From Novakomyces olei (taxonomy: Eukaryota), in the NCBI GenBank assembly GCA_016906335.1, contig JADEYG010000009.1, positions 1,116,001 to 1,180,000 of the forward strand: DNA of 64,000 bases. Direction: 5' to 3'. This document shows, piece after piece, positions 1 through 13,171 of the stretch (position 1 is the first letter of the stretch; the number at the start of each line of letters is the position of its first letter). The position numbers and the translations under genes were made by a program. The notes below the pieces were generated by a model, which worked only from the letters and a program-made list of their open reading frames with translations, was not told the DNA's origin and did not search any database.

Positions 1-43
1 GTTTCATTACTTTATTACTTTGTTGCTTTGTTGCTTTGATTCT

Positions 44-150
<107 letters not shown>

Positions 151-173
151 TTGGTTTATTCTAATAATTCTAG

Positions 174-587
174 ATATGTTCAATTCTGGAACTTCGGTTT
201 GTTTACGGAAAAACGATGTCTCCTTTCTCAAGCATAGATATTATGATTTTGAATACTTTGGCAGAAACTGGTCTCGGTGACGCTTTAAAGGTGCAGCTAT
301 CTAAATGCACATTAGAGCAGTCGCCAATGGCTCATTTTGAGGAAGCAAAGGCACGCCAAGACACTTTGTTTAAGGAAGCAGTGGGTGAAAATGTTGGTGT
401 ACGGACAAAGCAAATACCGCGAAAGAAAAGGAAAGTGATCGAAAATGGGTCTATTCATCGTGCCAGCCATTTTACAGCAGCCAAGACGGACTTTGACAAG
501 GAAAACAAAGATGATGTGCCTACTGCAGAAGCCATAAGCCTGCAAGAGTCTCTGAAAAGAGCCCGCGACACCATATCTGGGTTATAG
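174..587 (+). CDS. 3' exon of a gene starting upstream of the window; unknown protein
   Basis: CTAAT branch point and TAG acceptor (171-173) follow a (TTTA)n-filled intron. The frame is open from 174 (ICSILELRFVYGKTMSPFSS...) to TAG at 585-587. Confidence 0.55.
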   Translation: MCSILELRFVYGKTMSPFSSIDIMILNTLAETGLGDALKVQLSKCTLEQSPMAHFEEAKARQDTLFKEAVGENVGVRTKQIPRKKRKVIENGSIHRASHFTAAKTDFDKENKDDVPTAEAISLQESLKRARDTISGL

Positions 588-918
588 TGTATGATTATTG
601 ACCACAGCATGTATATACACCTTATTAAAACTGCCGATATAATAAGATTAGTTATTAATTAGCTTTAAAAAAGTAAAACATAATCAATCTCTAATTATTT
701 TCAACGTATTATTCTATATAAATGGAATTATTATAATATGAGGCCCATCATGTTACATAGCAAAGTGGTTGGGATTGTTATCTAAAATAAATAATTCTTT
801 TTCGATTATTAAACCTGATAATATAATTGATCTTCGTATCTTGTATGCCTCAAAATAACAATCACTGAAGTTTATTCTTTTTTTAAAAGCTGGCCGATCT
901 TGACGCAGTATAGAATAG

Positions 919-2643
919 ATGGCAGCTGATTCTAATGGCATTTCGCCATTATCAAATGAAAAAGCGGAAGCATTCAAGGCAGAAGCAAATGCTGAGTTAA
1001 AAAAGGGCAACAACAGCAAAGCAATCGAGCTTTATACGAAAGCTATAGAACAAGATGGCACCAAAGCGGTCTATTATGCAAACAGGGCAATGGCTCAAAC
1101 GAAATGCGAATCTTATGGTTTAGCTATTGCAGACGCTACTGAGGCAGTGAAGCTTGATTCTAATTATTTAAAGGTATGAATTGTTTTGGTTTAAGGTTTT
1201 TTGTTTTAATTTAATCTAATTTTGTTGTTTAATCTCAATTTTTACTCTTTTCATTTTTTCATTTGTTTAAATCACGACCACTGACAATTAAAGGGCTATT
1301 ATCGAAGGGCTGTAGCACATATGGCGATTTTCCAACCGCGGGCTGCTTTGAAGGATTTCAAGACTGTATCTGCTCGAATGCCCAATGACGCTTTGGCACG
1401 ACAGCATGTCGCGGACTGTGAAAAAATCGTCAAGCGTTTAAATTTTGAAGCTGCTATTCAAATGGACGAACCACCTTCTGCGGCCGACGGGATTCGGCTC
1501 GAAGTTATGGGTAAGAAATCCCTTTCCTCTTTTATGAACGTTTAAAAACCCAAATTAAAGTCAGCACAATTTTTTTAATTTTCTGCAATCGCGACCAGTA
1601 CTCTAAACAATACAGTGGTACCAGACGATTACGATGGCAAACGCTTGGGAGACGAAATGAACCTTGACTTTATCCAAGACATGATTGAGCGGTTTAAAGC
1701 TGGCAAGAAGCTTCCACTGAAATATGTGTATCAAATCGTTCTAGCGACGATGGATATTCTCCGTTCAGAGCCACCTTTGACAGAAATCAAAGTGGAATCC
1801 GGAGAGGAAGTAATCGTAGTCGGGGACACCCATGGCCAATTCTTTGATTTGCTAAACATTTTCAAACTAAATCAAATGCCTTCGGCTCATCGTATGTATG
1901 TCTTTAATGGGGATTTTGTGGACAGAGGCTCTTGGAGCACAGAAGTTGCTCTGTTACTATACTCCTTGAAATGGCTTTTCCCCTCACGATTCTTTATGAA
2001 TCGTGGAAATCACGAGACGGACGATATGAACAAGGTGTATGGCTTTGAGGGAGAGTGCAAGGCGAAATACAATGAACGTGTGTTTAAATTATTTTCAGAG
2101 TCGTTCAGTGCGCTTCCACTGGCGACGCTTATTGGACAAAAATATCTAGTGTTACACGGCGGCCTCTTTTCCAATGATGCAGTCACACTGGAAGACATTC
2201 GAAAGATTGACAGGTTCAAGAAACGTCAGCCCGGACAAGAAGGCCTTATGATGGAAATCTTATGGACGGATCCACAAGAAAGTCCTGGACGAGGGCCGAG
2301 CAAGCGTGGAGTGGGTCTTCAATTTGGGCCGGATGTTACAAAGAGGTTTTGTGAGAATAACGGGCTCGATGCTATCATTAGATCGCACGAAGTTCGCGAT
2401 AATGGTTACGGAGTTGAGCATGATGGACGATGCATCACCGTATTTTCTGCTCCAAATTATTGGTAAGTTGATGTATTAAATAATGTATGGATCTAACCAC
2501 AATATAGTGATCAAACTGGGAACAAGGGAGCAGTTATCAGGATTGGGCCCGGTCTTAAACTGGAGTATAGGACGTTTGATGCTGTACCTCATCCTGCGAT
2601 AAAGCCGATGGCCTACGCCAGTAATCTCATGTACGGATCGTGA
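919..2643 (+). CDS. PPT1: Ser/Thr protein phosphatase 5 (TPR + PPP catalytic domain); exons 919-1173, 1294-1510, 1616-2462, 2508-2643
   Basis: TPR repeats; PPP motifs GDTHG, GDFVDRG, RGNHE and SAPNY|C; PP5 C-terminus AVPHPAIKPMAYA; GT-AG introns join in frame. Confidence 0.95.
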
Positions 2644-3419
2644 TAGATGAATTTTTCTTTTTATTCTGCTCCTGTGTTCTTTTTGCATTATAATTATAAT
2701 ACTCATTCACGTGAATATGAATCGTTATTTTTAAAAGAGTGTAGGTAGTGTTAGATAAGCTTAAGGGTTAATATTGACGGTTTGGCGATGAAAGGCAGTT
2801 TTGAGTTTCCCATCTTTGGTAATTTACTGGACAAGTGAGACATCTTTGGTGAAATTTCCAGTCTAGTCGAGCTAGCTAGTTTTCTAGTGACCCAATTTTC
2901 CGGTGAACTTTATTTACCAGCTGTTTCGGAGGCCAAATATGCAGCTATAAATAATGACCAAAATTGAGAAATCCATGTTGAATTAGAGTATGGCGAGGAA
3001 ATGATTCTTTGCTCCAACACCAGTTCTATACTTGAGCCCAGAAGTAGTCTATGTAAATTTCCTTTAAATTTATTTGCTTTGTTGAACTAATTCGTGACCA
3101 CCACTCAAACTGACACAAATTCTACGATTATACTCTTCCCTTTGAGCGAGTACGCGTCCTAAGAAACCGAGTTTGCCATATTCTTCAATGTATCTATGAG
3201 ACCTGTTTCATTATATATGTAATATTTGTATTATATAAAATGGGTTTATGTATATAGCACAACTATAAACTACTATTAAGCGACTCGTCTCATACGCGTA
3301 ATGTAACGCGAATATTATACGTCTAACCGCTAATTAGCGGCATATCCACTGCAACAGGAAAGCACTTTCTACATATACAGTAATAGCAGCAATATATGTT
3401 GAGGAGGAAACTGAACACG

Positions 3420-3456
3420 TATAATAATAATAGTAATAATAATAATAATAATAATA

Positions 3457-3487
<31 letters not shown>

Positions 3488-3518
3488 TAGTAATAATAAT
3501 AATAATAATAATAATATA
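3420..3518. repeat. (AAT)n microsatellite with periodic AGT interruptions
   Basis: Directly visible in the intergenic region. Confidence 0.95.
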
Positions 3519-3824
3519 ATAGAAAACACGGTCCCTCAGTGTATGAGCCAAAGCCAAATTTGTACCGAATAATCGCTGAGCGAAGCTATGAGATCTGTGG
3601 GACGCATCTGGATTGAAGTATAGTGTGTGCAGTTGGTGTGAATATACGCATTCGGCCGAGGGACGAAAGACCCGTTAACTGTCGGCCGAAAAGGCTCCTG
3701 TGTCTATATTTATATTTATTTTTATTTTTATTTCTTCAACTTTTATTTTTATTTTATTTTATTTTTATTTTATTTTTCGACTTTTTATTTTTCGGCAGGG
3801 TTTGCCGACAGGCCGAGTGCGAGT

Positions 3825-5050
3825 ATGGCTCTCCGCATCCGGCGCCGAGCGTTCAACAACCCCTTTGTGTTTATACCAATTGCCTGTGGAATTCTGCTCC
3901 TGATCTGGATGGCAAGCCAGGCGAAAAAGAGCCCTAATCCGCTGCACAAACGGTCGCGCCTGGCCGGCGCAGCGCGGCGGCACACTGTCAACAGGCAAAT
4001 TTGCATGGTCCTCGTCACTGACGAGCAGGACTTTGCCGAGTCAGACAGCCCGACGCCGTATATCCATCAGGTCGTGGAGAACCGGCACGAGTATGCAAAA
4101 GCTCAAGGTACGTCATTTGCTGCTGGCAATTATACCTTACTAAGTGCGCAACAGGTTACGCTATTTACCACGCAAACTCGTCTGTCTTTGACCTCAACGG
4201 GGCCAATACTGTAGGGGCTTTTTTGAGAGTACACTAACACATATACAGGCCTGGGCAAAGATGCCTGCTATTCTCAAGGCAATGCAGGCGTATCCTGACA
4301 TTGATTATTTTTGGTTCTTGGAGAAGGTGAGCCGATTGTGTACAGCGCCGCTGTTGAGGTCCAGCCGCTTGTTGTTTTTGATTATCGTTGTTTCTGGTTA
4401 TTGTGTCTGATTCTCGTTTCTTTTGGTTATTCCGCTTTTCTGCGTGGCCTTGTTATACATCTTTTTCTGAGGCATTCTGCCCGTCTACTACGCGGCTTTG
4501 CCATTTTTCTTTGAATGCGACTGCTTACATACAACAGGATGCTATAATCATGGACCCTTCCATCGATATATACGACCACGTTTTAAGGCCACAGGTCTTG
4601 CGGAAGCTTATAATGCGTGACCACCCAATTGTCCCGCCAGAATCAGCGATTCACACTTTAAAGAACCAGGATGTTAAATCGATTGATCTTATTCTAACAC
4701 AAGACTACCAAGGCGTATCTCAGGCCAACCTGCTTTTCCGGAAAGGCACTTATGCAGAGTTTTTCCTTCAATTCTGGTTCGATCCAATGTACCGGTTCTA
4801 CCCTTTTAATCGCATGGACCAGCAGGCTCTGGAACACATGATTCAATGGCATTATTATATCCTGAACCGGCTGGCTATCATCCCTAACCGTGTGCTAAAC
4901 TCGGTTTCAATTGGCACTGAAGAGTTTCGGTACCAGGAAGGCGACTTTGTCGTTTCTCTAAGTGGCTGCCGCAGTACGGAACGATCGTGTACCAAGGAAT
5001 TTGATCGGTTCTGGTCTTCACGTGGAAGAGCCATATTTCAGGATAACTAG
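3825..5050 (+). CDS. MNN11: GT34 family (GMA12/MNN10/MNN11) Golgi glycosyltransferase, type II membrane protein; exons 3825-4107, 4155-4210, 4249-4326, 4538-5050
   Basis: N-terminal TM; ENRHEYAKAQGY, WAKMPA and QQALEHMIQWH...LNRLAIIP motifs; splice sites join in frame. Confidence 0.8.
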
Positions 5051-5510
5051 TTCATGACGACATTGGTCTTGTATTGTTTGCCATCATTTCATCTTCTTTG
5101 TCATTTCTTTTGGAGGTGGGAAATGTTTGAAGGACGCTGTTCGTTTTACGATCAGTCCACTATATCGTCTGTCTTATAATCACCTTGCAGTTCTAGTAAT
5201 CATGAGTTATACTGCCTATATACCAACGTGATTGTCTAGCGTCTAGTCTATGGCTGATTTGCGTCCACTGGCGTCTGTACCGTTTCGTTTTATATGGACC
5301 TTTGCCCTTTTTCTTCTTCTTTTCGCCATATAAGAATTTAACAGGCCGACTCGCCCGGTCGTGTGTTGAGTCTACTACTATTCGCATTCTGCTTCTCCTT
5401 TCCGATTTCGCTACATAATATGTTTAAGCGCTCTTAACGCGTGGAAATAGTTGAGAGCATTAGAAAATATATTAGAAGGCAGAAAGAAAGAATACTTGAA
5501 ACTAAATTTG

Positions 5511-7213
5511 CTATGAAACAGCCGCCGTATCTGCATCATTGCCGGCGCCAGCGCCTTTGGGTCCGTTTTCCTCCTCTGCAGATACTTTTGTTACGTTATT
5601 ATCGCTCTCACCAATTACTGGACCTCCGTGTTCTTCCTCCGCTTTTGGCTGAGATTCAGCCACAGGCTCAGGAGGAGGTGCAGCTGCGGATCCACCAGAC
5701 ACTGATCTTTGTGATGAAGCAGCATTTAGCCGTTCATCTAGTGCCTTCAACGCGAGTGCTCTACAAAGATTAGAATACTTTAAATGTAATTTTTATAAAA
5801 AATAGCAAAATAAATAAACAGAGGTAAAATATTGCGCAAAGCAATTTAAATGATAAGCATACCTCCTTCGTTCGGCCTCCTGTCTTGGAATGTTCCGACC
5901 ACCATGGCCTCTAATATCAACACCATCAAGAGACGCTCCTCTGAACGGAGAAGAGCTTGATGCCGAGGAGACAAATGTCGATCTTTGCGGTATAAAATGT
6001 AACTTTACAGCAGCTAGGTAAGCGGGAGTAGCGATCAAGCGATTGACTGGAGCCTGAATACGCTCAGGGAAAAACGACGCAAAAGAAAATGCCTCGCTAG
6101 GGTCTCCATGAAGAACAGTACCGGTAGCAGATAATCCGATGCCTGACGCAATATCGGGAATTGTGGCCTTGTAAAAACGTAGATAAGCCCACGAGATAAA
6201 TGTACCGTATAAACAGAGCAAAAAGCCCACAAAAGAGTGGCTTAATAAGATGTAGAAAGCATTGAGAATTAGAAACAGTGCCGGTAATCGCTAGAGTTAG
6301 ATATATGTACGTAAAAATATGATTTATATGTGTGTACATGTATATGGATGCTGTTGTTATATAAATCTTACCTTGACTTTGAATTCGAAAAACCGAAAGA
6401 GCGACAGCGTATACTCTGGACCCAATTGCTTAAAGGCAACGACGAATCCGCTTTGTAAAGCAATCGTTCCAAAGATAGGCTCATTCCTACAAACTTGTTA
6501 GAACCAAAGTGAGGTTGAGGAAAAGACATACACAAAGGAAACGTTTCCCGACAGCACGTAAAGCACTACAGATGTGGAAAACACTGCAGCTGTAGGGAGG
6601 ACGGCAACAACAGCAAAGAATTTGAGGTATTCGCGAGAAGACCACGCACGCTCGAGGAATCGTCCACCGTAGAGTATAGTAACGAGAGTAACGAGTAGCT
6701 ACAATGTAAGTATAGCGCTGAATAAACAAACAAAAACACAAAGTAAATAAAAAATATATATAATTAAATGTAAAATAAAATAAAATAAATATAAAATAAA
6801 TATAAAATAAATATAAAATAAATATAAAATAAATATAAAATAAATATAAAATAAATTTTATAAAATAAATATAAAATAAATATAAAATAAATATAAAATA
6901 GATATAAACATAAAATATAGTAAATGATTAGTTGCGAACCGTTCGCCAATTGAACTCGAGCATTGTACTGACAAACACATACCGTCCACAAGTTACTATC
7001 AACAAGAGCCGCAGTCAAAAACGTCCAAACCATCAAGTACGATTCCGAGGGAACCATAACAATATAAGAGAGCAAAGCACTCGAACTTCCGGATCCCAGA
7101 ATCCAGTTGCGGTAGCGCAGAAAGTTGAATACAATAGTAAGAAACAAAACCGTCAAGAGACAAACTCGAGTTGCCGGCGGTAAGTTGTACACGGCCAGCG
7201 CTGGAGACGCCAT
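5511..7213 (-). CDS. DUF1751/TMEM115-like rhomboid-superfamily membrane protein, 5 exons
   Basis: WTFLTAALV, YGGRFLERAWSSREY, SWAYLRFY, GDPSEAFSFASFFP and AERRR|ALALKALDERL motifs; introns resolved in frame. Confidence 0.85.
6770..6900. repeat. AT-only minisatellite (TAAAA/TAAATA units) inside intron 1 of the DUF1751 gene
   Basis: Directly visible. Confidence 0.9.
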
Positions 7214-7656
7214 ACCGTCGTGAGTAAACGGGGGAAGGGTGAGGATGGAAACGCGGTATTATAATCCCATTTTCTGCGAATATTAAATATCGAATCAAAC
7301 ACGAGAAATATATTAAAATGGATAATATATAACGTGGAATATGAATAATATAAATAATATAAACAGTACGTATAATAAAATATATCTTTTACATTTATTA
7401 GACATTCCGCAGAATATGTGTAAAAGACGCGAAATAAAATTATGCTAGAATTATTTTCACTGTATTTCTCTATGCTTACGCTGTATTTCTATATTTCAAC
7501 GGCAAAGTCAATTTTACTAGAGCGGTGACACTTAAAGAGCGCTACAGATTTCATTCTTTTGAGCTATTAACGACCCTTTAGCGGTGGGCGATAGACATTT
7601 GAAACACTTGAAGCTGATTAGCTTTAGATGGGAATGGCTCAAGGGTCAAATTGCGT

Positions 7657-8743
<1,087 letters not shown>

Positions 8744-9114
8744 GGCGCGCGGTGCGATTGACGCGTTTTATTCAGCAAAAACGGATCGGTTTAGTCTTGC
8801 AACAGCGGCAAGAGTGGCTTTTGCGTGTATTTCGTGTGTATTACGATTCAGCGGGTTATATTTGAAAACTAGGCGTAACCCCATTTTGAGTTTATTATAA
8901 TAATATATTAAGGTTAGGATAAACTATGATTGAGTTAGCGGATTAATTGGCGGGCATGACGCGACTTATAGTGGGCACGAGCATCATTGTCGAATGACTC
9001 TAACTAATCTCAAACTCGATAGCAATTAAAAATTAAAATAAATTATTGGAATCTAGCGAGGGCAAATTGGCAGTTAGAGAAGCGCTTGGGCTGAACTTGT
9101 GTTAGATTGGAACA

Positions 9115-10672
9115 ATGGACAAAGGCAGTAGTTTGAACGAGGACAAATGTCCTCAGCCATTAATTGAAATACAACAAGGGCAAGTCGTAAAACGGTCGCT
9201 CAATTACAGAATCAAGACATTAAAGACCTGTGCTCTGTACGTTTTCGTGGCGGTACGTTACTCTTTCTACTTTTTTTTTAATTCAATTTTTTTCAGCTAA
9301 TATTCAGGTTTTTATTTGTTTATTCTAATTTGATTGTCTGATTGAGGCTAATGAAAACAAGATTGTTCTTTTATTAGCACATCAGGCTGTAGCCTCTTAT
9401 GAACCTCAATCCGCTCGACTAGAGAAATGTGCGTGGCCCGAGGCTCAGAAGCTTTTGCCTCTGGTAGAAGGCGCCCAGCCAATTGCTGCAGCAGAATTTG
9501 AAGAGCGCCGAGCCAAACTCGCCTCTACACTAGACTCAGAGGGCTTGCACGTATGGATCGCAGAGCCAGGCTCTTCTTCTGCATACTTTGCAAATTTCTC
9601 CTCATCTACTGCCGTGTTTCAAGGCCCATCATGGGCACTTTCGGAGAGGCCCTTTCTAATTGCTATTCTAAGCAACGGCACTACTCTTTTTCTAGCGCCC
9701 ACATTTGAAGCCGCTCGGGCTCGCAAAGAAATTCCTCTTTGTTCGTCTACAAAAATTATTACATGGGACGAATCACAGAACCCGTTTGACGTTTTAATTA
9801 ATATATTGAAGCGGGATCTTGCTGTCTCTACACTTAAAATTGCACTTGATCAAGATGCGCGGTACTTTATTGCCAGCGGACTGGCCGAGTGGGGTCAAGT
9901 TATACCAAGTCCTGCCTCAGTTGCCTCTCTGCGAATGAAAAAATCCCACGGAGAATTAGACTTGCTCAGACGCGTAAACCATGCGACTGTAGGACTTGTA
10001 AGGGCAATAAGGCCTTGCTTAGTGCCTCGTCAAGATACAGAGCTGTCAGTCACCATTGCCGTACAAAACCTGTTTGTCAAACTAGGTCTGCCTCCGTCGG
10101 ATATGCCGATTGTTCTTTTCGGTGGAGATGCAGCTTCTCCGCACGGGTCCGGTGCCGCTCGACTCCTCGAGCCTAATGAGTTTGTATTAATGGATATATC
10201 AACGACTCTTTACGGCTACTTTTCCGATGTTACGAGGACCGTCCTTCCCGAGGGACAAGCTGCGGATAAGGCTGCTTGTTCGGTATGGCGTACGGTTCTC
10301 AATGCCCAGTCAAGTGCGCTAGAACTTCTTTCAAACAGGACCAATCTTGCGTCTTCTGCAAATTCTAGGCACGGTGAAATTTATCCCGCTGACTTGGATG
10401 GAGTAGCGAGAAGGTACATTACTAATCAAGGATTTGGCCAGTATTTTACGCACCGACTGGGACACGGTGTCGGCCTCGAAATACACGAGGCTCCTTTTCT
10501 AAATGCTGCTAACTATTTGATTCCAATTGAGGCCGGCAATGTTTTCACTCTAGAACCTGGCGTCTATGTTCCGGAAAAGATTGGAGTCAGAATCGAAGAT
10601 GTAGTGCTTGTGACTGCCGACGGATATGAAATTTTGAGCGGCAAACGTGCAATTTCTCCCTACGAGCCTTGA
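9115..10672 (+). CDS. M24B Xaa-Pro peptidase (creatinase/aminopeptidase fold) with N-terminal signal anchor; exons 9115-9252, 9362-10672
   Basis: Metal ligands in LMDIS, YFSDVTRT, HRLGHGVGLEIHE, LEPG and RIED. The in-frame splice creates the hydrophobic segment CALYVFVAIVLLLA. Confidence 0.85.
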
Positions 10673-11168
10673 TTATGATTAGGTGACAGTTTTGATTTAT
10701 ATATAAAAAAATATATGTATACATATGTGTGTGTATTCAATCGTTGTCGCTTTTTATTGATTACGCCCCTGACGGATTTTGAATACAGCGGTTTTTGAAT
10801 TGATTTTGTTCTCAAAGTATATAATCTGTCTGCCTGTACCTTTCGCTGCTTTGATCCCATTGTTTTCAAATTTTGTTGCTGACTGCAAAGTATTGGAGAA
10901 GGAACAAAAGCTTCAAAAATTTAGATTAGCTAGACACACATACGCTTTGTATTTTATCATCATCATTATTCGAATCAATCGGTGGGAAATGTACTTTTTT
11001 TCATCTTTGCATCAACCCTTTTTGTTTTTTAAATCGTATTTTATTTTATTCTAATTTAATGCTCCATTTGTTTCCTTTATTTTATATTGTCTTGTTGACT
11101 ACATTATTCGTTTTATTTTCATTTTCATTCTGGACATTGCTAATTTTTTAGTATATCTTGCATACAGA

Positions 11169-11510
11169 ATGAGTGGAAGCCAATGGATGTCGAATTCATA
11201 TAGTCCGTCAAGCTTGTGTGAGTGCGGCTCAGCTGCTCCGCAAGAGTCTCCTTGCTGCGGGCCTCGACCTCAGACAATGCTGTGCTACTATTTGCCTCCG
11301 CCGGAACAGCCTTCCCGCTGTCAGCCTCCACCGCCTCCACCACCACCAGAGCCTCCGGTTTGCTGTCCCCAACCGGTTGTACAGAAGCCTGTACCGTGCC
11401 AGACTATACCTATGGCTCCAGTGCAATATTTTCAGCAAGTGCCTTCGTCTAGCTGTGGACCTTCTTCGCCGTCCTATCCTCCGAGCAGTCAGTACCAATC
11501 GTACAGCTGA
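11169..11510 (+). CDS. small Pro/Cys/Ser/Gln-rich orphan protein (113 aa)
   Basis: ATG-initiated GC-richer ORF between AT-rich flanks; strongly biased composition; no recognisable domain. Confidence 0.6.
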   Translation: MSGSQWMSNSYSPSSLCECGSAAPQESPCCGPRPQTMLCYYLPPPEQPSRCQPPPPPPPPEPPVCCPQPVVQKPVPCQTIPMAPVQYFQQVPSSSCGPSSPSYPPSSQYQSYS

Positions 11511-12036
11511 GCTTTGGACATTTGTCCTACTTTATTCATTGTTCTTTGACTCGGTTTACTTTTCTTGTTAAATTTGGGAAATTAGCAGCATATACAGATT
11601 AAAGTTTGGTAATCAACTGAATTTTCCATGAATTTTACCTCATAAAATTATATCTTGCAGGATTTAAAGGCCATAGTAACTTTCCACGGCATTTAAATAA
11701 AGGCCAGATTGGTAACCCCTGTACTCAACATTTTAGATCAGGTGCAATTTTCACGGTAGAGCTCAGTCAGAACAATAAGACAATACGAACGGTAATTGTA
11801 ACAAATGCGATTAAGCGGTAAATCAAGTTGCAAACTGCTCACAATACAATGCTTTATACTCAGAAATAATATATATTTAATCTAATATACAATCAATATG
11901 ATAAGAGCGGTGATTGAACTTGACGGCGTTTCAAAGCTCACTATATATGGCTATAGGGCCGACTCACTTGAGGCCCTGTTGCAAGAAATAAGCCCTCGAC
12001 CTTCTCTTCAGGCCAATTGCCTTCGACCACTGAACA

Positions 12037-12975
12037 ATGTCTTGCTCAAGCGGTATTTGCCCTCAACCGAATTACTATCGTGCTCGATACGAATCCCCGT
12101 GGACAGCATCTAACGGGCAATGGAGCAATTATGTCCAAGTGCCTCAAACACCCTTGATGGCTATGCCTCCTGCTCCTGCTCATTTCCATTCGCAGCAGCA
12201 ATCGCGGCCCGCTGACAATTCTGAAGGCACGAAAAAACGTAAGGAGCAAAAGCGGCGCAGTTCAAGCAAACCTGAGCCTGCAAATGAAAAGGAGCACCCG
12301 ATTATCAATATAATTTTTGCTCCAAATTTCAGTCCGGAGGACAACCAAGATGTTGAAAATGTTTTTGATAGTCAGCAATCGCCTCAAAAAAAACAGCCTT
12401 CCTCGCCTAAATTCCCTGGCGGTAGTAAAGGTCGGGCATTCAGTAGCCCATTGCCAAATCAAAGACCTCAGTTTGAAAATTCTGGCGAGCAAGATCAGAC
12501 TAAAGACAAAGGAGATTCCCATCAGAACGATGCCTTGTTTGAACTATTGGCAAAATTTGCTGGCCATGCTTTTAGCGGCAAAGATAAGGGCGAGGAGGCA
12601 AATGGAAAAGGCAAAACGCAAGAGACAGAAATGTCAGCAAAAGACGGTAAACCTAAGTTGTCGCCAAAGAAAAAGAAGCATAAAGGGCCACGGAAAGACG
12701 ACAGCCCGCCTTTTGATCCAGAGAGCCCGCCGTGGCTAGAGAATCTTGTCAAATCATTGAGAGCTCCAGCAGATCAGGGAAAGCCTGAAACACCTGAGTC
12801 TAATCCAAAAGATGGCAAGACGAAAATGCCTAAGCCTCAAGAGCCAGGCATTCCAAATAGCGGCTTAGAATTATCTGAAAGTGGTGGAGACAAGGGGACA
12901 CCATTAGCATTTCCTTCGCTGGATCATACGAAAAGCCCAAAATCTTTTGCTCAATCCGATTGTTGGCTGCAGTAA
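12037..12975 (+). CDS. hydrophilic, low-complexity orphan protein (312 aa)
   Basis: Long ATG ORF rich in P/K/E/S/Q with basic clusters; no recognised domain. Confidence 0.65.
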   Translation: MSCSSGICPQPNYYRARYESPWTASNGQWSNYVQVPQTPLMAMPPAPAHFHSQQQSRPADNSEGTKKRKEQKRRSSSKPEPANEKEHPIINIIFAPNFSPEDNQDVENVFDSQQSPQKKQPSSPKFPGGSKGRAFSSPLPNQRPQFENSGEQDQTKDKGDSHQNDALFELLAKFAGHAFSGKDKGEEANGKGKTQETEMSAKDGKPKLSPKKKKHKGPRKDDSPPFDPESPPWLENLVKSLRAPADQGKPETPESNPKDGKTKMPKPQEPGIPNSGLELSESGGDKGTPLAFPSLDHTKSPKSFAQSDCWLQ

Positions 12976-13171
12976 TCGAAATGCTATGTGTGATATGCAT
13001 GCTTGATGTGTATCTTATATATAGATACGATATAAATGTACATAGTGAATTTGTTATTTCCCTTGACCTCTTGAATAAATAATTGTTAAAAATATTGTTT
13101 TTAAAATTGTTTTTAGAGATGGGTATCGCAATCGCAATATAATATACAATTGATCTCCGATGAGGCAATTC

